DNA from: an uncultured Thermus sp.
GTDB taxonomy: Bacteria; Deinococcota; Deinococci; Deinococcales; Thermaceae
DNA length: 55,341 bases
Assembly (NCBI GenBank): GCA_947085095.1
Contig: CAMTVD010000010.1
Coordinates: 1-55,341, forward strand
Direction of reading: 5' to 3'
A program made the position numbers and the translations under genes. Positions 22,614 through 33,612 of this stretch are shown here, piece after piece; the first letter of the stretch is position 1, and each line of letters opens with the position of its first letter. The notes beneath the pieces were generated by a model. That model searched no databases. It had not been told where the DNA came from and worked only from the letters and a program-made list of their open reading frames with translations.

Positions 22614-23750
22614 ATGGGAGCAAGGGTCTTTTTCCTTTTTACCCTAGGGTACTTTCTTTCCTACTTCTACCGTTCGGCCAACGCGGTGCTCTCCCAGGAC
22701 CTCTCCCAGGAGATGAGGCTGGGCCCGGCGGAGCTGGGTCTCATGACCAGCCTCTTTTACCTGGCCTTCGCCGCGGTCCAACTCCCCCTAGGAGGCCTCC
22801 TGGACCGGCTGGGCCCCCGGATCGTCACCCCCCTCCTGCTCCTCTTAGCCGCCTTGGGGAGCCTGGTCTTCGGCCTGGCCCAGGACTTCGCCACCCTGGC
22901 CCTGGGGCGGGCCCTGATCGGGGTGGGGATGGCGGCGGCCCTCATGGGCTCCCTGAAGGCCTTCAGCCTCTGGTTTCCCAAGAACTACGCCACGGTCTCC
23001 ACCCTCCTGGTGGGCCTGGGGGCCACGGGAGCCCTTCTCTCAGCCACGCCCCTGGCCCTGCTGAAGGAGGTGGTGGGCTGGAGGGGGGTCTTCCTTTGGG
23101 GGGGCTTGGTGGTGGTCCTGGTGGCCCTGGCCATCTACCTGGGGGTGCGGAACACCCCACCTGGGGTGGCCTGGCCCAAGGGAAGCGGGAGCGGAGGCCT
23201 GGCGGAAGTGTTCAGGAACGGGAGGCTTCTCAGGGTGGCCTTCCTGGCCCTGGCCTTTGCCGGGAGCTTCCTCTCCCTGCAGACCCTCTGGGCTGGAGCC
23301 TACGCCTATCACTTGGGTTTAGAGGCCTTGCAGGTGGGGAACCTTCTGCTTCTTTATTCGGGGATGGCCGTCCTGGGCTTTTTGGTCTCCGGCTATCTGG
23401 CGGACCGCCTGGGCACGGCCAGGGTGCTCCTTTTCGCCAGTCTTCTTTTCGTCCTAGGCCTTGCTCTTCTCCTCCTGAAGGTCCTGGTCCCCGCCTACCT
23501 GATCCTGGGCTTCTTCGGGGCCTTCAACATCCTCACCCTCACCCAGGCCCGGGAGCTGGTGCCAAGCCACCTGGTGGGCCGGGGGACCACCCTGGTGAAC
23601 CTCTTCGGCATCGGGGGGACCTTCCTCCTGCAGTGGGGGGTGGGGGGGGTGGTGGCGGCCCTGGGCTACCCGGCGGCCTTCTTGGGGCTTTTGGGTCTTC
23701 TCCTTCTCGCCCTGGTTCTCTACCTGCCCCTCCTTCAGAGATCGGGGTGA
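22614..23750 (+). CDS. MFS transporter
   Basis: GGLLDRLGPR and GYLADRLG motif A repeats. Confidence 0.88.
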   Translation: MGARVFFLFTLGYFLSYFYRSANAVLSQDLSQEMRLGPAELGLMTSLFYLAFAAVQLPLGGLLDRLGPRIVTPLLLLLAALGSLVFGLAQDFATLALGRALIGVGMAAALMGSLKAFSLWFPKNYATVSTLLVGLGATGALLSATPLALLKEVVGWRGVFLWGGLVVVLVALAIYLGVRNTPPGVAWPKGSGSGGLAEVFRNGRLLRVAFLALAFAGSFLSLQTLWAGAYAYHLGLEALQVGNLLLLYSGMAVLGFLVSGYLADRLGTARVLLFASLLFVLGLALLLLKVLVPAYLILGFFGAFNILTLTQARELVPSHLVGRGTTLVNLFGIGGTFLLQWGVGGVVAALGYPAAFLGLLGLLLLALVLYLPLLQRSG

Positions 23751-24859
23751 AAGAGGAGCCGCTGCAGATCGGCCACCCGCTCGCGCCAGTCCGGCCGGGG
23801 AGAGGGAAGCTCCGAGGGCCTGATGGGGGGCTTCTCCCGGGTTCCCAGGAAGAGCCATGGGTGGGAAAGCAGGCGTTCCTTACTCCCTGGCCGGTACACC
23901 ACGAGTCGGCCCCGGCCAGCCCACACGTAAAGCTTCTGCCGGGAAACGTCCAGGTCCCGGGCTACCTCGTCCAGGGGCTTGAGGTCAGCGAGCCTCATCA
24001 AGGCCAGGGAGACCACCTTCTCCAGGCGGACAATGAGGGACTCCCCAAGGAGGAGGGCCAAGGGGATCCAGTCCCCCTGGTCCAGGGCCCGTAGCAAAGC
24101 CTTTGGGCTAGGAGGGGGAAAGCTCCCCTGAAGGCCGCGGTCCGCCCTCTCCAGGGCATGGTAATACCGCTCCCGGTCCCTTGCATCCAGCCCTTTTATC
24201 ACCAGTGGGGGAAATCCCTTGCGAATGGCCATGTAGTTGAGTAACAAGCGCCCCACCCTGCCGTTGCCGTCCCTGTAGGGATGAATCGCTTCAAAGAGGG
24301 CATGGCTCTTGGCCAGCACCTCCAGGATGGGGCACCCCTCCAAAAGGGTCCGGGATACCTGGATGAAGGCCCTGAGGTAGTCCGTGGCCTCTAACGGGGG
24401 AACTACCTTGGCCCCCTGGATGCGGCGCTCCACCCCGTCGGCAGGTTTGCCGCGCTCCCCTTCCAGGGGAGTGTTTCGGAAAAGCTGGCCGTGAATGTTG
24501 TTGATGAAGGCGAGATCCAGGTGCCACACGTCCTCCAGGGCATCCTGAAGGCCCTGCTCGTAGACGAACTGGGCGGTGCGGAAGTAGTTGACCACCTCCG
24601 CAGCCTCCTTTCTGCCCGAAAGAACCTGGCGCAACTCCCGCTCGTCTGTGAAGTAGCCCTCTATGGCCAGGGAGTGGCGGGTGTCCTCCTGGAGCATGTA
24701 AAGCCACTCCTCGTTGGCTACCTGGATGAGGCCCAAGTCCATGCCCCCAAAACCCTCCAGAAGGGCGCGCCTTTCCTCCAGGGCTCGGCTCAGTTTGTTA
24801 TACGCTCTAGCCCAGTCCGCCGCCACCCCCACCATATTACGCCTTTTTTTACGGGCCAA
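23735..24859 (-). CDS. Fic-domain protein with C-terminal HTH-like segment
   Basis: HPYRDGNGRVGR Fic motif and SLAIEG inhibitory-type motif. TTG start with GGAGGAG SD. Confidence 0.88.
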   Translation of the reverse strand: MARKKRRNMVGVAADWARAYNKLSRALEERRALLEGFGGMDLGLIQVANEEWLYMLQEDTRHSLAIEGYFTDERELRQVLSGRKEAAEVVNYFRTAQFVYEQGLQDALEDVWHLDLAFINNIHGQLFRNTPLEGERGKPADGVERRIQGAKVVPPLEATDYLRAFIQVSRTLLEGCPILEVLAKSHALFEAIHPYRDGNGRVGRLLLNYMAIRKGFPPLVIKGLDARDRERYYHALERADRGLQGSFPPPSPKALLRALDQGDWIPLALLLGESLIVRLEKVVSLALMRLADLKPLDEVARDLDVSRQKLYVWAGRGRLVVYRPGSKERLLSHPWLFLGTREKPPIRPSELPSPRPDWRERVADLQRLLFHPDL

Positions 24860-24933
24860 TTCTCCTCCACGGGCCCATGTTGACTAAAGGCACCCACCCC
24901 CTTCAACTAACAGGTTCATGGTAAACTCCCTCC

Positions 24934-26418
24934 ATGCTGGCCCAGGTGCGGAGCTACGCCCTTTTCGGCCTGGACGCAGTTCCCGTCACCGTGGAGGTGG
25001 ATGTTAGCCCCGGGCTCCCCTCCTACGCCCTGGTGGGCCTGCCCGACAAGGCGGTGGAGGAGAGCCGGGAGAGGGTGCGGGCCGCCCTCAAGAACGCGGG
25101 CCTCCCCTACCCCCAGGCCCGGGTGGTGGTGAACCTGGCCCCGGCGGAGCTCAAGAAGGAGGGGAGCCAGTTTGACCTGCCCATCGCCCTGGGCCTCCTC
25201 GCCGCCCAGGGGGTGGTGCCCCTCGAGGCCCTTTCCCCTTTAGCCGTGGCGGGGGAGCTGGGCCTGGACGGGAGCCTGAGGCCTATCCCGGGAGCGGTGA
25301 ACCTGGCCCTGGGGGCTCTTGCCGAGGGCAAGGCTCTCCTCCTCCCCGAGGCGAGCGCCAAGGAGGCAGCCCTGGTGGAGGGGGTGAGGGTCTTTGGGAC
25401 GGGGAGCCTGGGGGAGGTGGTGGCCTTTTTGCGGGGCGAGGAGGCTTTGGAGGAGGCCAGGCCGGAGGACCCCCTCGAGGCCCTGGAGGTCCTGGACCTC
25501 CGGGACGTGAAGGGGCAGGCCAAGGCCAAAAGGGCCCTGGAGATCGCCGCCAGCGGCTACCACCATCTCCTCATGGTGGGAAGCCCCGGCTCGGGGAAGA
25601 CCATGCTGGCCAGGCGGCTTCCCTTCCTCATGCCCCCCCTTTCCCAGGAGGCGGCTTTGGAGGTGACCCGCATCCACTCCGCCGCGGGGCAGCCCATCAA
25701 GGGCCTCCTCAAGACCCCCCCTTTCCGCGCCCCCCACCACACGGTGAGCTACGCGGGGCTCATTGGGGGCGGGGCCATCCCCAAGCCGGGGGAGGTCTCC
25801 CTGGCCCACCGGGGGGTCCTCTTCCTGGACGAGTTCCCCGAGTTCTCCCGGGAGGCCCTCGAGGCCCTGCGCCAACCCCTGGAGGACGGGGTGGTCACCA
25901 TCGCCCGGGCCCGGGCCAGCCTCACCTTCCCCGCCCGCTTCCTCCTGGTGGCGGCCATGAACCCCTGCCCCTGCGGCTTTTACGGGGACCCAGAAAGGGC
26001 CTGCACCTGCACCCCAAGCATCCAGAAGCGCTACGTGGGCAGGATCTCCGGCCCCCTTTTGGACCGCTTTGACCTGGTGGTGGAGGTGCCCAGGCTCACA
26101 CCCCTGGAACTCGCCCGCGCCCCCGAGGGGGAGGGCACGGAGGTGGTGAGGGAGCGGGTGCTGAGGGCCAGGGAAAGGATGCTGAAGCGCCAGGGCCGCC
26201 CCAACGGGGAGCTTTCCGGCAAGGCCCTAAGGGAGCACCTCCGCCTCACCCCCGGGGCCGAGGCCCTCCTCCAGGCCGCCGCCAAGAAGCTCCTCCTCTC
26301 CGCCAGGAGCTACGACCGCCTCCTGCGGGTGGCCCGCACCGTGGCTGACCTCGGGGGGGCGGAGCGGGTGGAGGAGGCCCACGTGGCCGAGGCCCTGGCC
26401 TACCGCAAGACCCTGTAA
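24934..26418 (+). CDS. comM: YifB/ComM Mg-chelatase-like AAA+ ATPase
   Basis: [41 protein letters not shown] and MNPCPCG. Confidence 0.92.
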   Translation: MLAQVRSYALFGLDAVPVTVEVDVSPGLPSYALVGLPDKAVEESRERVRAALKNAGLPYPQARVVVNLAPAELKKEGSQFDLPIALGLLAAQGVVPLEALSPLAVAGELGLDGSLRPIPGAVNLALGALAEGKALLLPEASAKEAALVEGVRVFGTGSLGEVVAFLRGEEALEEARPEDPLEALEVLDLRDVKGQAKAKRALEIAASGYHHLLMVGSPGSGKTMLARRLPFLMPPLSQEAALEVTRIHSAAGQPIKGLLKTPPFRAPHHTVSYAGLIGGGAIPKPGEVSLAHRGVLFLDEFPEFSREALEALRQPLEDGVVTIARARASLTFPARFLLVAAMNPCPCGFYGDPERACTCTPSIQKRYVGRISGPLLDRFDLVVEVPRLTPLELARAPEGEGTEVVRERVLRARERMLKRQGRPNGELSGKALREHLRLTPGAEALLQAAAKKLLLSARSYDRLLRVARTVADLGGAERVEEAHVAEALAYRKTL

Positions 26419-26507
26419 GCGCCTAAGTGGCCACCACACAGAAAGCCTTCCTTGAGCCTCGGCGCTTCTTTGAGGACCCCGCCGTGGCTCTTGCCACGGC
26501 GGGGTAC

Positions 26508-26888
26508 TTAGAGGCCCGCCTGGCCCCTAAGCCAGGGGATCAGGGCCTCCGCCGCCGCCAGGTTGGGGGCGAGGGGCACCTGATGCACGTTGCAGACCCG
26601 CATGAGGGCCTGGACGTCGGGCTCGTGGGGCTTGGCGCTCAAGGGGTCCTGGAGGAAGATCACCGCCAGGACCCGCCCCTCGGCCACCCGGGCCCCGATC
26701 TGCTGGTCCCCGCCCAAAGGCCCGGAGAGGACCCTTTCCACGGGAAGCCCCGTGGCCTCCTGGACGCGGGCCCCGGTGGTCCCGGTGGCGAGGAGGGAAA
26801 AGCGGGCCAGGAGGTCCTTGTGCCTTTTGGCGAAGGCCACCATCTCCTCCTTCTTGGCGTCGTGGGCGATGAGGGCCAGGTATTTCAC
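26508..26888 (-). CDS. mgsA: Methylglyoxal synthase
   Basis: [26 protein letters not shown] and PHEPDV. GTG start 6 nt after TACAAT. Confidence 0.95.
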   Translation of the reverse strand: MKYLALIAHDAKKEEMVAFAKRHKDLLARFSLLATGTTGARVQEATGLPVERVLSGPLGGDQQIGARVAEGRVLAVIFLQDPLSAKPHEPDVQALMRVCNVHQVPLAPNLAAAEALIPWLRGQAGL

Positions 26889-26910
26889 GGGGCCATTGTA
26901 AGCTTGGGGC

Positions 26911-27942
26911 ATGGACTACGCGCCAGACCTGGAGTTTTTGGAGAGGCTTCTTCTGGCCCCGGGGCCTTCCGGTTTTGAGGAGGAGGCGGCCCAGGTCTTC
27001 CTGGAAAAGGCCCGGACCTTCGCCCAGGCGGAGCGGGACCGGCACGGGAACGCCTACGCCCGCCTCAACCCCGGCAAAAGGCCCAAGGTCCTCCTCCTGG
27101 GCCACCTGGACGAGATCGGGGTCATCGTGAGCCACGTGGAGGAGAAGGGCTTCCTGCGCCTTAAGCCCCTGGGGGGCTGGGACCCCCAGGTGCTGGTGGG
27201 CCAGCGCCTACGCTTTTTGGGGAAGAAGGGGCCGGTCCTCGGAGTGGTGGGGCGGAAGGCCATCCACGTGCTGAAGGAGGAGGAGAGGAAAAAGGCCGTG
27301 GAGATCCCGGAGCTCTTCGCCGACATCGGGGCGGAAAACCGGGAGGAGGCCCTGGCCTACCTGGAGGTGGGGGCGGTGGGGGTCCTGGACCAGGCCCCGG
27401 AATGGCTTCTGGGGAAGCGCCTGGTCTCCAAGGCCCTGGACAACCGCCTGGGGGCCTTCGTGGTCCTCGAGGCCCTGCGCCTCCTCAAGGACCAGGCCCC
27501 GGGGGAGGTGGTGGCGGTGGGCACGGTGCAGGAGGAGATCGGGGCCTACGGGGCCAGGACCGCCGCCTTCCGGGAGGCCCCGGATCTGGCCCTGGTGGTG
27601 GACGTCCACCACGACAGCACCATCCCCGGCATGGACAAGGCCCAGGTGGGGGAGGCGGAGCTCTCCAAGGGGGTGGTGCTGGACGTGGGCCCCTTCGTGG
27701 ACAAGGAGGTCCTGAAGGGGCTGAAGGCGGCGGCGGAAAGGGAGGGCATCCCCTACGTCCTCCACGCCCACGGGCGGTGGTCGGGCACCGACGCCGACGA
27801 GGTGGCCAAGGTGCGGGAGGGCATCCCCACGGGGATCGTCTCCATCCCCTTGCGCTACATGCATTCCCCGGTGGAGATGGTGGACTTCCGGGACGTGGAG
27901 CGGGCGGTGCGCCTCCTCGCCGCCTTCGTGAGGGGGTTGTAG
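26911..27942 (+). CDS. M42 family metallo-aminopeptidase
   Basis: [24 protein letters not shown] and RYMHSPVE. Confidence 0.92.
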   Translation: MDYAPDLEFLERLLLAPGPSGFEEEAAQVFLEKARTFAQAERDRHGNAYARLNPGKRPKVLLLGHLDEIGVIVSHVEEKGFLRLKPLGGWDPQVLVGQRLRFLGKKGPVLGVVGRKAIHVLKEEERKKAVEIPELFADIGAENREEALAYLEVGAVGVLDQAPEWLLGKRLVSKALDNRLGAFVVLEALRLLKDQAPGEVVAVGTVQEEIGAYGARTAAFREAPDLALVVDVHHDSTIPGMDKAQVGEAELSKGVVLDVGPFVDKEVLKGLKAAAEREGIPYVLHAHGRWSGTDADEVAKVREGIPTGIVSIPLRYMHSPVEMVDFRDVERAVRLLAAFVRGL

Positions 27943-27944
27943 CC

Positions 27945-28268
27945 GTGCTCACCCTTAAGGAGGCCCAGGAGATGGTGGACGCCTGGATCGGGCGGTTTGA
28001 GGAGGGCTACTTCCCGCCCCTCCTCCTCTTGGCCCGCCTCACCGAGGAGCTGGGGGAGGTGGCCCGGGTCCTGGCCCACCGCCACGGGAAGAGGCCCAAG
28101 CCGGGAGAAGAGGAAGGGGACCTGGCCATGGAGCTCGCCGACCTCCTCTTCGTCCTCCTCTCCCTGGCCAACCGGGAGGGGATTGACCTGGAGGAGGCTT
28201 TCCTAAAGGCCATGGAGAAATACCAAAAGCGGGACGGGGCGCGGTGGACCCCGAAGGAGTTAGAGTAG
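27945..28268 (+). CDS. MazG-like nucleotide pyrophosphohydrolase (YpjD type)
   Basis: GYFPPL..ARLTEELGEVAR..ELADLLFVL..LAN..IDL. Confidence 0.88.
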   Translation: MLTLKEAQEMVDAWIGRFEEGYFPPLLLLARLTEELGEVARVLAHRHGKRPKPGEEEGDLAMELADLLFVLLSLANREGIDLEEAFLKAMEKYQKRDGARWTPKELE

Positions 28269-28272
28269 CCCC

Positions 28273-28506
28273 ATGGAACCTCTCCTCGAGACCCGGCATC
28301 TCAGGAAGCGGTTCGGGGCTTTGGAGGCGGTGAAGGGAGTGAACCTGGCCCCGGCCCGGGAGATGCTGGCAACGGGAACGCCTCTGGAGCCCTTAGGCCT
28401 CCTCCTGGCCTTCCTCAACAGCCTGGCCTACTTCCTCCTGGGGCCTTTCCTCTTCCGCCTGGCAGCGAGAAGGGCCAGGCGGCTTGGGCTTCTCCATGGC
28501 TACTAG
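28273..28506 (+). pseudogene. Chimeric remnant: ABC ATPase N-terminus fused to ABC permease C-terminus
   Basis: LLETRHLRKRFGALEAVKGVNL with no Walker A, followed by a TM helix and [10 protein letters not shown]. Confidence 0.6.
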
Positions 28507-29566
28507 GGGCCTCCTCCTGGCCCTGGGGCCCGCCTCGGCCTTAGGCCTGGGGCGCTTCGCCTACGCCCTGGTCCTGCCCCTCATGCAGGCGGCCTGGGGC
28601 CTCTCCTACGCGGAAGGGGGGCTTTTGGGGAGCGCCAACACCCTGGGCTACCTCCTGGGGGCCCTGCTGAGCCACCCCCTCCTGGGACGGGTGGGGTACC
28701 GCCGGGGTTTCTTCCTGGCCCTCCTCCTCCAGGCGGCCGTCCTGGGCCTGACCGGGCTCTTTGGCCAGGCCCCTGCCTTTTTCCTCCGCTTCCTCCAGGG
28801 GGTGCTGGGGGCCTTGGTCTTTGTGGCCGGGGCCGCCCTCCTCATGGCCCAGGGTCGTTCAGGGCGGGCCCTGGGGGTTTACTACGGAGGGGTGGGGCTG
28901 GGCCTCCTGCTGGCCCCCTGGCTTCTCTGGGGGGCGGCAAGCCCGGAGGAAGCCTGGGGAAGGCTGGGTCTGGGTGCCCTCCTCCTCGCCCTGCTCCCTC
29001 TTTTGGCCCGGCGCGAGCTGAAGGAGCCCCCGCCCCCCGCCCGGGGCGAAGGGAGCCTAAAGCCCATCCTCCCCCTCCTCCTGGCCTACGGCCTCTACGG
29101 GGCAGGGTACATCGGGTACATGACCTTCATCACCACCGCTGTGGGAGACTGGCCCCTCCTCTTCACCCTCTTGGGGCTTGGAGCCCTCCTCACCGGCCCC
29201 ATCTGGGGCCCCTGGGTGGAGCGAGTGGGGGGAAGACGAGGGCTTTTCCACGTCCTCCTGGTGCTCTTCCTGGGAAGCCTCCCGCCCTTGGCCCTGCACC
29301 TTCTGCCCTTAAGCGCCCTCCTCTTTGGCCTCTCCTTCCTGGGGGTGATCACCGCCATCACCCAGGCCTTCCGCGCCGCCCTTCCCCCTTCCGCCTGGCC
29401 CCGGGCCATGGGACTTTCCACCGCAGCCTTCGCCCTGGGCCAAGCCCTGGGGCCCACGGTGGCGGGCCTCCTGGCCGAGAGCCTGGGCCGGGGGGAGGGA
29501 GCCCTCCTTGCGGCCAGCCTCCTTCTCTTCCTGGCCCTCCTCCCCGCCTGGCCCAAGGAGGGCTAG
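28496..29566 (+). CDS. YbfB/YjiJ-like MFS transporter
   Basis: [25 protein letters not shown] and [11 protein letters not shown]. Confidence 0.85.
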   Translation: MATRGLLLALGPASALGLGRFAYALVLPLMQAAWGLSYAEGGLLGSANTLGYLLGALLSHPLLGRVGYRRGFFLALLLQAAVLGLTGLFGQAPAFFLRFLQGVLGALVFVAGAALLMAQGRSGRALGVYYGGVGLGLLLAPWLLWGAASPEEAWGRLGLGALLLALLPLLARRELKEPPPPARGEGSLKPILPLLLAYGLYGAGYIGYMTFITTAVGDWPLLFTLLGLGALLTGPIWGPWVERVGGRRGLFHVLLVLFLGSLPPLALHLLPLSALLFGLSFLGVITAITQAFRAALPPSAWPRAMGLSTAAFALGQALGPTVAGLLAESLGRGEGALLAASLLLFLALLPAWPKEG

Positions 29567-31098
29567 AGGCCGTATAGGGCGCGGTACTTGGCCTCGAGGT
29601 ACCCGAGGAAGGCTTGAGCGCCCGGGGGGCTTCCCGTCACCTTTTCCACCAGGGCGCGAGGGCGGAGGCGGCTCCCCTCGGCGTGGATCTTCTTCCGGGT
29701 CCAGTCCAGGAAGGGGGCGAACTCCCCCCGGGCGAACATGGGCTCTAGGGGCCCAAGCTCCGCCTCCGCTTTCCGGAAGAACTGGGCGGCGTAGAGGTTG
29801 CCCAGGGTATAGGTGGGGAAGTAGCCGAACATCCCCCCGGACCAGTGCACGTCCTGCATGACCCCGTCCCTATAGTCCTTGGGGGCCACCCCCAGGTGGC
29901 TTTGGTACCTCTCCCGCCAGGCCTCGGGGAGGTCCTCCAGGGCCAGCTCCCCCCGGAAGAGGGCCAGCTCCAGCTCCAGACGCACCAGGATGTGAAGGTT
30001 GTAGGTGACCTCGTCCGCCTCCACCCGGATGAGGGAGGGCTCCACGGCGTTGATGGCCCGGTGGAACTCCTCCAGGGACACGTCCGCTAGGGCCGGGAAG
30101 ACCTCCTTGGCCCGGGGGAAGAAGCGCTCCCAGAAGCCCAAGGAGCGGCCCACCAGGTTCTCCCAGGTGCGGCTTTGCGACTCGTGGACCCCCAAGGAAA
30201 CAGCCTCCCCCCTGGGGGTGCCCCAGTGCTCCTTAGGCAGACCCTGCTCGTAGAGGGCGTGGCCCATCTCGTGGAGGGTGCCGAAGATGCCGGCGTTGAA
30301 GAAGTCCTCGTAATACCGGGTGGTGATGCGCACGTCCCCGGGGCCGATGGCGATCTCAAAGGGATGGGCGGTGGGGTCTAAGCGGCCCGCCTCCAGGTCG
30401 TACCCGCAGGCCAAAAGGAGCTCCAGGGCGAAGCCCCTCTGCGCCTCCTTGGGGTAGTGGCGGTGGAGGACGCTGGTATTGGGCCTCCGCCCGCTTCCCA
30501 GGATGCGGTCCAAAAGCCCCTTCAGCCCCGAGGAGAGCTCCCGGAAGAGGGGCTGAAGGTCCTTTGCCCTGGCCCCCGGCTCATACCCGTCCAGAAGGGC
30601 ATCGTAGAGCTCCCCGAAAGGGGGGTCCAGGGGATCTGGGCCCACGGCCACGAGGATCTCCGCCTCCTCCTTAACCAGGGCAAAAAGGCGCTTCAGGTAG
30701 GGCAGGAAGCCCTGCCAGTCGTCCTTGGGGCGCAGGGCCTCCCAGGCGGTCTCCCCCTCGCTTTTGGCCTGGGCCAGCTCCACGGCGAGCCTCTCGGGGA
30801 TGGCCCGGGCTCTTTCGTAGGCGATCCGCCAGGCCCTCACGTTCACCGCGGCGTCGGAAAGGGGGTCCTGGACCAAGGAAGAGCCCTCCACCTTCTCAAG
30901 CCACTCCCCGATTCGGGGGTCGGTGGCCCGGGCGTGGAGGAGGCGGGCCAGGGCGGCCATCTGCCGGGCCCGGTGCTCGTGCCCCTTTTTGGGGATCATG
31001 GTGCGCTGGTCCCAGGCGGCCAAGGCCCCCAGGGAGGCCAGGTAGGCGGTTTCCCTCTGGAACTCCAACAGGTTCTGATAGGCGGCTTCCGGTGTCAC
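29563..31098 (-). CDS. M32 thermostable carboxypeptidase (carboxypeptidase Taq type)
   Basis: [30 protein letters not shown] and GYFPTY; 511 aa from GTG. Confidence 0.95.
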   Translation of the reverse strand: MTPEAAYQNLLEFQRETAYLASLGALAAWDQRTMIPKKGHEHRARQMAALARLLHARATDPRIGEWLEKVEGSSLVQDPLSDAAVNVRAWRIAYERARAIPERLAVELAQAKSEGETAWEALRPKDDWQGFLPYLKRLFALVKEEAEILVAVGPDPLDPPFGELYDALLDGYEPGARAKDLQPLFRELSSGLKGLLDRILGSGRRPNTSVLHRHYPKEAQRGFALELLLACGYDLEAGRLDPTAHPFEIAIGPGDVRITTRYYEDFFNAGIFGTLHEMGHALYEQGLPKEHWGTPRGEAVSLGVHESQSRTWENLVGRSLGFWERFFPRAKEVFPALADVSLEEFHRAINAVEPSLIRVEADEVTYNLHILVRLELELALFRGELALEDLPEAWRERYQSHLGVAPKDYRDGVMQDVHWSGGMFGYFPTYTLGNLYAAQFFRKAEAELGPLEPMFARGEFAPFLDWTRKKIHAEGSRLRPRALVEKVTGSPPGAQAFLGYLEAKYRALYGL

Positions 31099-31156
31099 GG
31101 GAGCATCATACTTCCAGCCTGGGAAAACCCGGTGAAAGCCCCGGTACAATGCCCCC

Positions 31157-32227
31157 ATGTGGCCCCTTTTCGCCCTGGTCCTGGGCCTCGTGGTGGGCTC
31201 CTTCCTCAACGTGGTCATCCGCCGCCTGCCCAAAGGGGAGTCCCTGGCCTATCCCCCCTCCTACTGCCCCAGCTGTGGCCACCGCTTGGGCCCCAAAGAC
31301 CTGGTCCCCGTCCTCTCCTACCTGGCCCTAAGGGGGCGGTGCCGCTACTGCCAGGCCAGAATCAGCCCCCGCTACCCCCTGGTGGAGGGGCTTACTGGCC
31401 TCCTCTTCGGGCTCGTCGCCCTCTTCTACCCCCCTTCCCTCGAGGCCTTCCTGGTCTTCGCCTTCCTCTCCTTCCTGGTGGCTCTTTCCTTCATTGACCT
31501 GGACACCTACGAACTCCCCGATTCCCTCACCTACGGCCTCCTTTTCCTGGGCCTCGCCGCCTCCCACTTCTTCTCCTTCCCCCTCCCCTTCCAGGAGAGC
31601 TTGGACGGGGCCCTCATGGCGGCGGGAGGCCTAGGCCTGGTGGCGGGGTACGGGGGGCTTTTCCTGAGGCGCTTCCGGGAGGGAAGGCCCGAGGTCCCGG
31701 TGGGCCCCCATCAGGTGCACATGGCCGCCCTCTTCGGAGCCCTCCTGGGCCCGGGGGTGGGGATGGCCCTGGCCTTCCTCACCTGGGGCCTCTCGGCGCG
31801 GACGGGTAGGCCCGTGATCCTCCCCGACCGCCTGACCCTGCCCCTCCTTCCCCTGGCCCTCCTCGCCGCCCCCTACCTGGGCCTGGACTTCCTCCAGGCC
31901 CTAAAGGGAAGCCTCCTCGCCGCCGGGGGGCTCGCCCTGGCCGGAGGGCTCTACTGGGCCCTCAGGCCCTCCCCTCCGGAAGAGGAGGAAGAGGAGCCTG
32001 TGGCCATGGGCTACGGGGACGTGAAGCTTCTGGGGGCTTTGGGGGCCTGGCTCGGGCTTTACGCCTTTTTGGCCCTCTTCCTCGCCGTCTTCCTGGGGGC
32101 CTTCCTGGGCCTCCTCCTCCGCCAGCGGAAGCTCCCCTTTGGCCCCTACCTGGCCCTGGGGGGGGTGGTGGCCTTCCTCTTCGGGGAGAGCATCTGGGAG
32201 GCGTACCTGCGCTTCCTGGGCCTTTAG
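31157..32227 (+). CDS. pilD: Type IV prepilin peptidase
   Basis: [30 protein letters not shown] and PFGPYL. Confidence 0.93.
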   Translation: MWPLFALVLGLVVGSFLNVVIRRLPKGESLAYPPSYCPSCGHRLGPKDLVPVLSYLALRGRCRYCQARISPRYPLVEGLTGLLFGLVALFYPPSLEAFLVFAFLSFLVALSFIDLDTYELPDSLTYGLLFLGLAASHFFSFPLPFQESLDGALMAAGGLGLVAGYGGLFLRRFREGRPEVPVGPHQVHMAALFGALLGPGVGMALAFLTWGLSARTGRPVILPDRLTLPLLPLALLAAPYLGLDFLQALKGSLLAAGGLALAGGLYWALRPSPPEEEEEEPVAMGYGDVKLLGALGAWLGLYAFLALFLAVFLGAFLGLLLRQRKLPFGPYLALGGVVAFLFGESIWEAYLRFLGL

Positions 32228-32251
32228 GGGCCACCTGCTAAGATGGAGGGG

Positions 32252-32372
32252 ATGCGCCTCGAGGCCGAGCGCTTGCTTGCCCAAGCCGAGGAGGACCAGG
32301 TTACCCACGGCCCGAGTGAAGGCGGCGGAAAGGATTTTGGAATGGGTGAAGTCAGAGATCTACACGAGCTAA
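32252..32372 (+). pseudogene. HEPN-domain gene remnant (internal deletion)
   Basis: N-terminal MRLEAERLLAQAEED joined out of frame to C-terminal AAERILEWVKSEI. Lies directly before an MNT remnant. Confidence 0.6.
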
Positions 32373-32658
32373 GAAAGCTTCTTCATTCCCCTTACCCGGA
32401 CATTCCTCTTCGGCTCCCGGGCCAGGGGTGAAGCCCCGAAAGAGTGGCTGGGACCTCCTCGTGGTTTCTCCCACTTTTCGGGGCATGGACTACCTAAGCC
32501 AGGTCCAGCTCCTGTACCGCCTCCTTCCCCTGAGGAACGTGGACTACGTGGCCCTCACTCCCGAGGAATGGGAAGCCCGCAAGGGGGAGATCGGCCTTGT
32601 GGGGGAGGCCGCCCGGGAAGGCCTTGTCCTTCTGGACGAAGGGACCCCTGTGGGTTGA
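32342..32658 (+). pseudogene. Minimal nucleotidyltransferase (MNT) pseudogene
   Basis: Pieces in different frames: MGEVRDLHELR / FLFGSRARGEA / SGWDLLVVSPTF..VDYVALTPEEW..REG. Confidence 0.7.
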
Positions 32659-32691
32659 CCGCAGACCGGCCCAAGGCCTTATCCTGCCCCC

Positions 32692-33612
32692 ATGGACCTG
32701 ACGCCTGCCCTGGCCAAAAGGCGGAGCGTCCGCCGTTTCAAGCCCGAGCCCATCCCCGAGGAGGACCTGGCGAAGCTCCTCTTCGCCCTGCAGCGGGCCC
32801 CCACGGACGCCAGCGCCCAGCTCTACAGCGTCCTTAGGGTCAAGGACCGGGGCCTTCGGGAGACCATCGCCCGGCTTTCCGGGGACCAGGAGCACATAAG
32901 AGAGGCGGCGGAGTTCTTCCTCTTCCTGGCGGACGTCCACCGCCTAGAAAGGCTCCTCGCCCACCGGGGAGAGAGGATGGCCCCCTGGCCCAAGACCGCC
33001 CTCCACTTCGCCATCCTGGACGCGGGGCTTTCCGCCGCCTACCTGGCCCTCACCGCCGAGGCCATGGGCTACGGCATCTGCTTCATCGGGGGGGTGCTCA
33101 ACGAACCGGAGGCCCTGTTGGACCTCCTCCGCCTGCCCCCTGGGGTCTTCCCCGTGGTGGGCCTCACGGTGGGGGTCCCGGACGAGGAGGGCTCACCCAG
33201 GCCCAGGCTTCCCCGGCACCTGGTGGTGCACGAGGATGCCTACCGCCCCTACGGGCCGGAGGACCTCGAGGCCGCCTTCCAGGCCATGGCCCCCTATAGC
33301 CGCACGGGGGACTGGGGGCGGGTCCTCAAGCGCTACTTCGCCCAGGGGGGCGCCATGGAAGCCCGGGAAGCCCCTTACGGCCGCGCCCTGGCCCGCCAGG
33401 GCCTGGACCCCGACCTGCCCCCGGGAAGCCCCTTCTACTCCCTGGGAAGCCTCATTGAGGCCGCCCTAAAGGAGGCCCGGGGGGTCCTCTTCCGCTCCGG
33501 CGAGGCCTGGCTGGAACGGGAAACCGAGGCCTTCCGGGGCGAGGGAAAGCCCGGGGAAGCCCTTTTGGAGGCCCTCAAAAAGTCCCGGGGGGAGGTCCCC
33601 GACTGGCCCTAG
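32692..33612 (+). CDS. Nitroreductase/flavin reductase family protein
   Basis: RRSVRRFKPEPI, APT..Q.YS, AEAMGYGICFIGG and PRPRLP. Confidence 0.88.
   Translation: MDLTPALAKRRSVRRFKPEPIPEEDLAKLLFALQRAPTDASAQLYSVLRVKDRGLRETIARLSGDQEHIREAAEFFLFLADVHRLERLLAHRGERMAPWPKTALHFAILDAGLSAAYLALTAEAMGYGICFIGGVLNEPEALLDLLRLPPGVFPVVGLTVGVPDEEGSPRPRLPRHLVVHEDAYRPYGPEDLEAAFQAMAPYSRTGDWGRVLKRYFAQGGAMEAREAPYGRALARQGLDPDLPPGSPFYSLGSLIEAALKEARGVLFRSGEAWLERETEAFRGEGKPGEALLEALKKSRGEVPDWP

Noticed and set aside
24934..26418. comM as an integration hotspot
   Set aside because: The gene is uninterrupted here.
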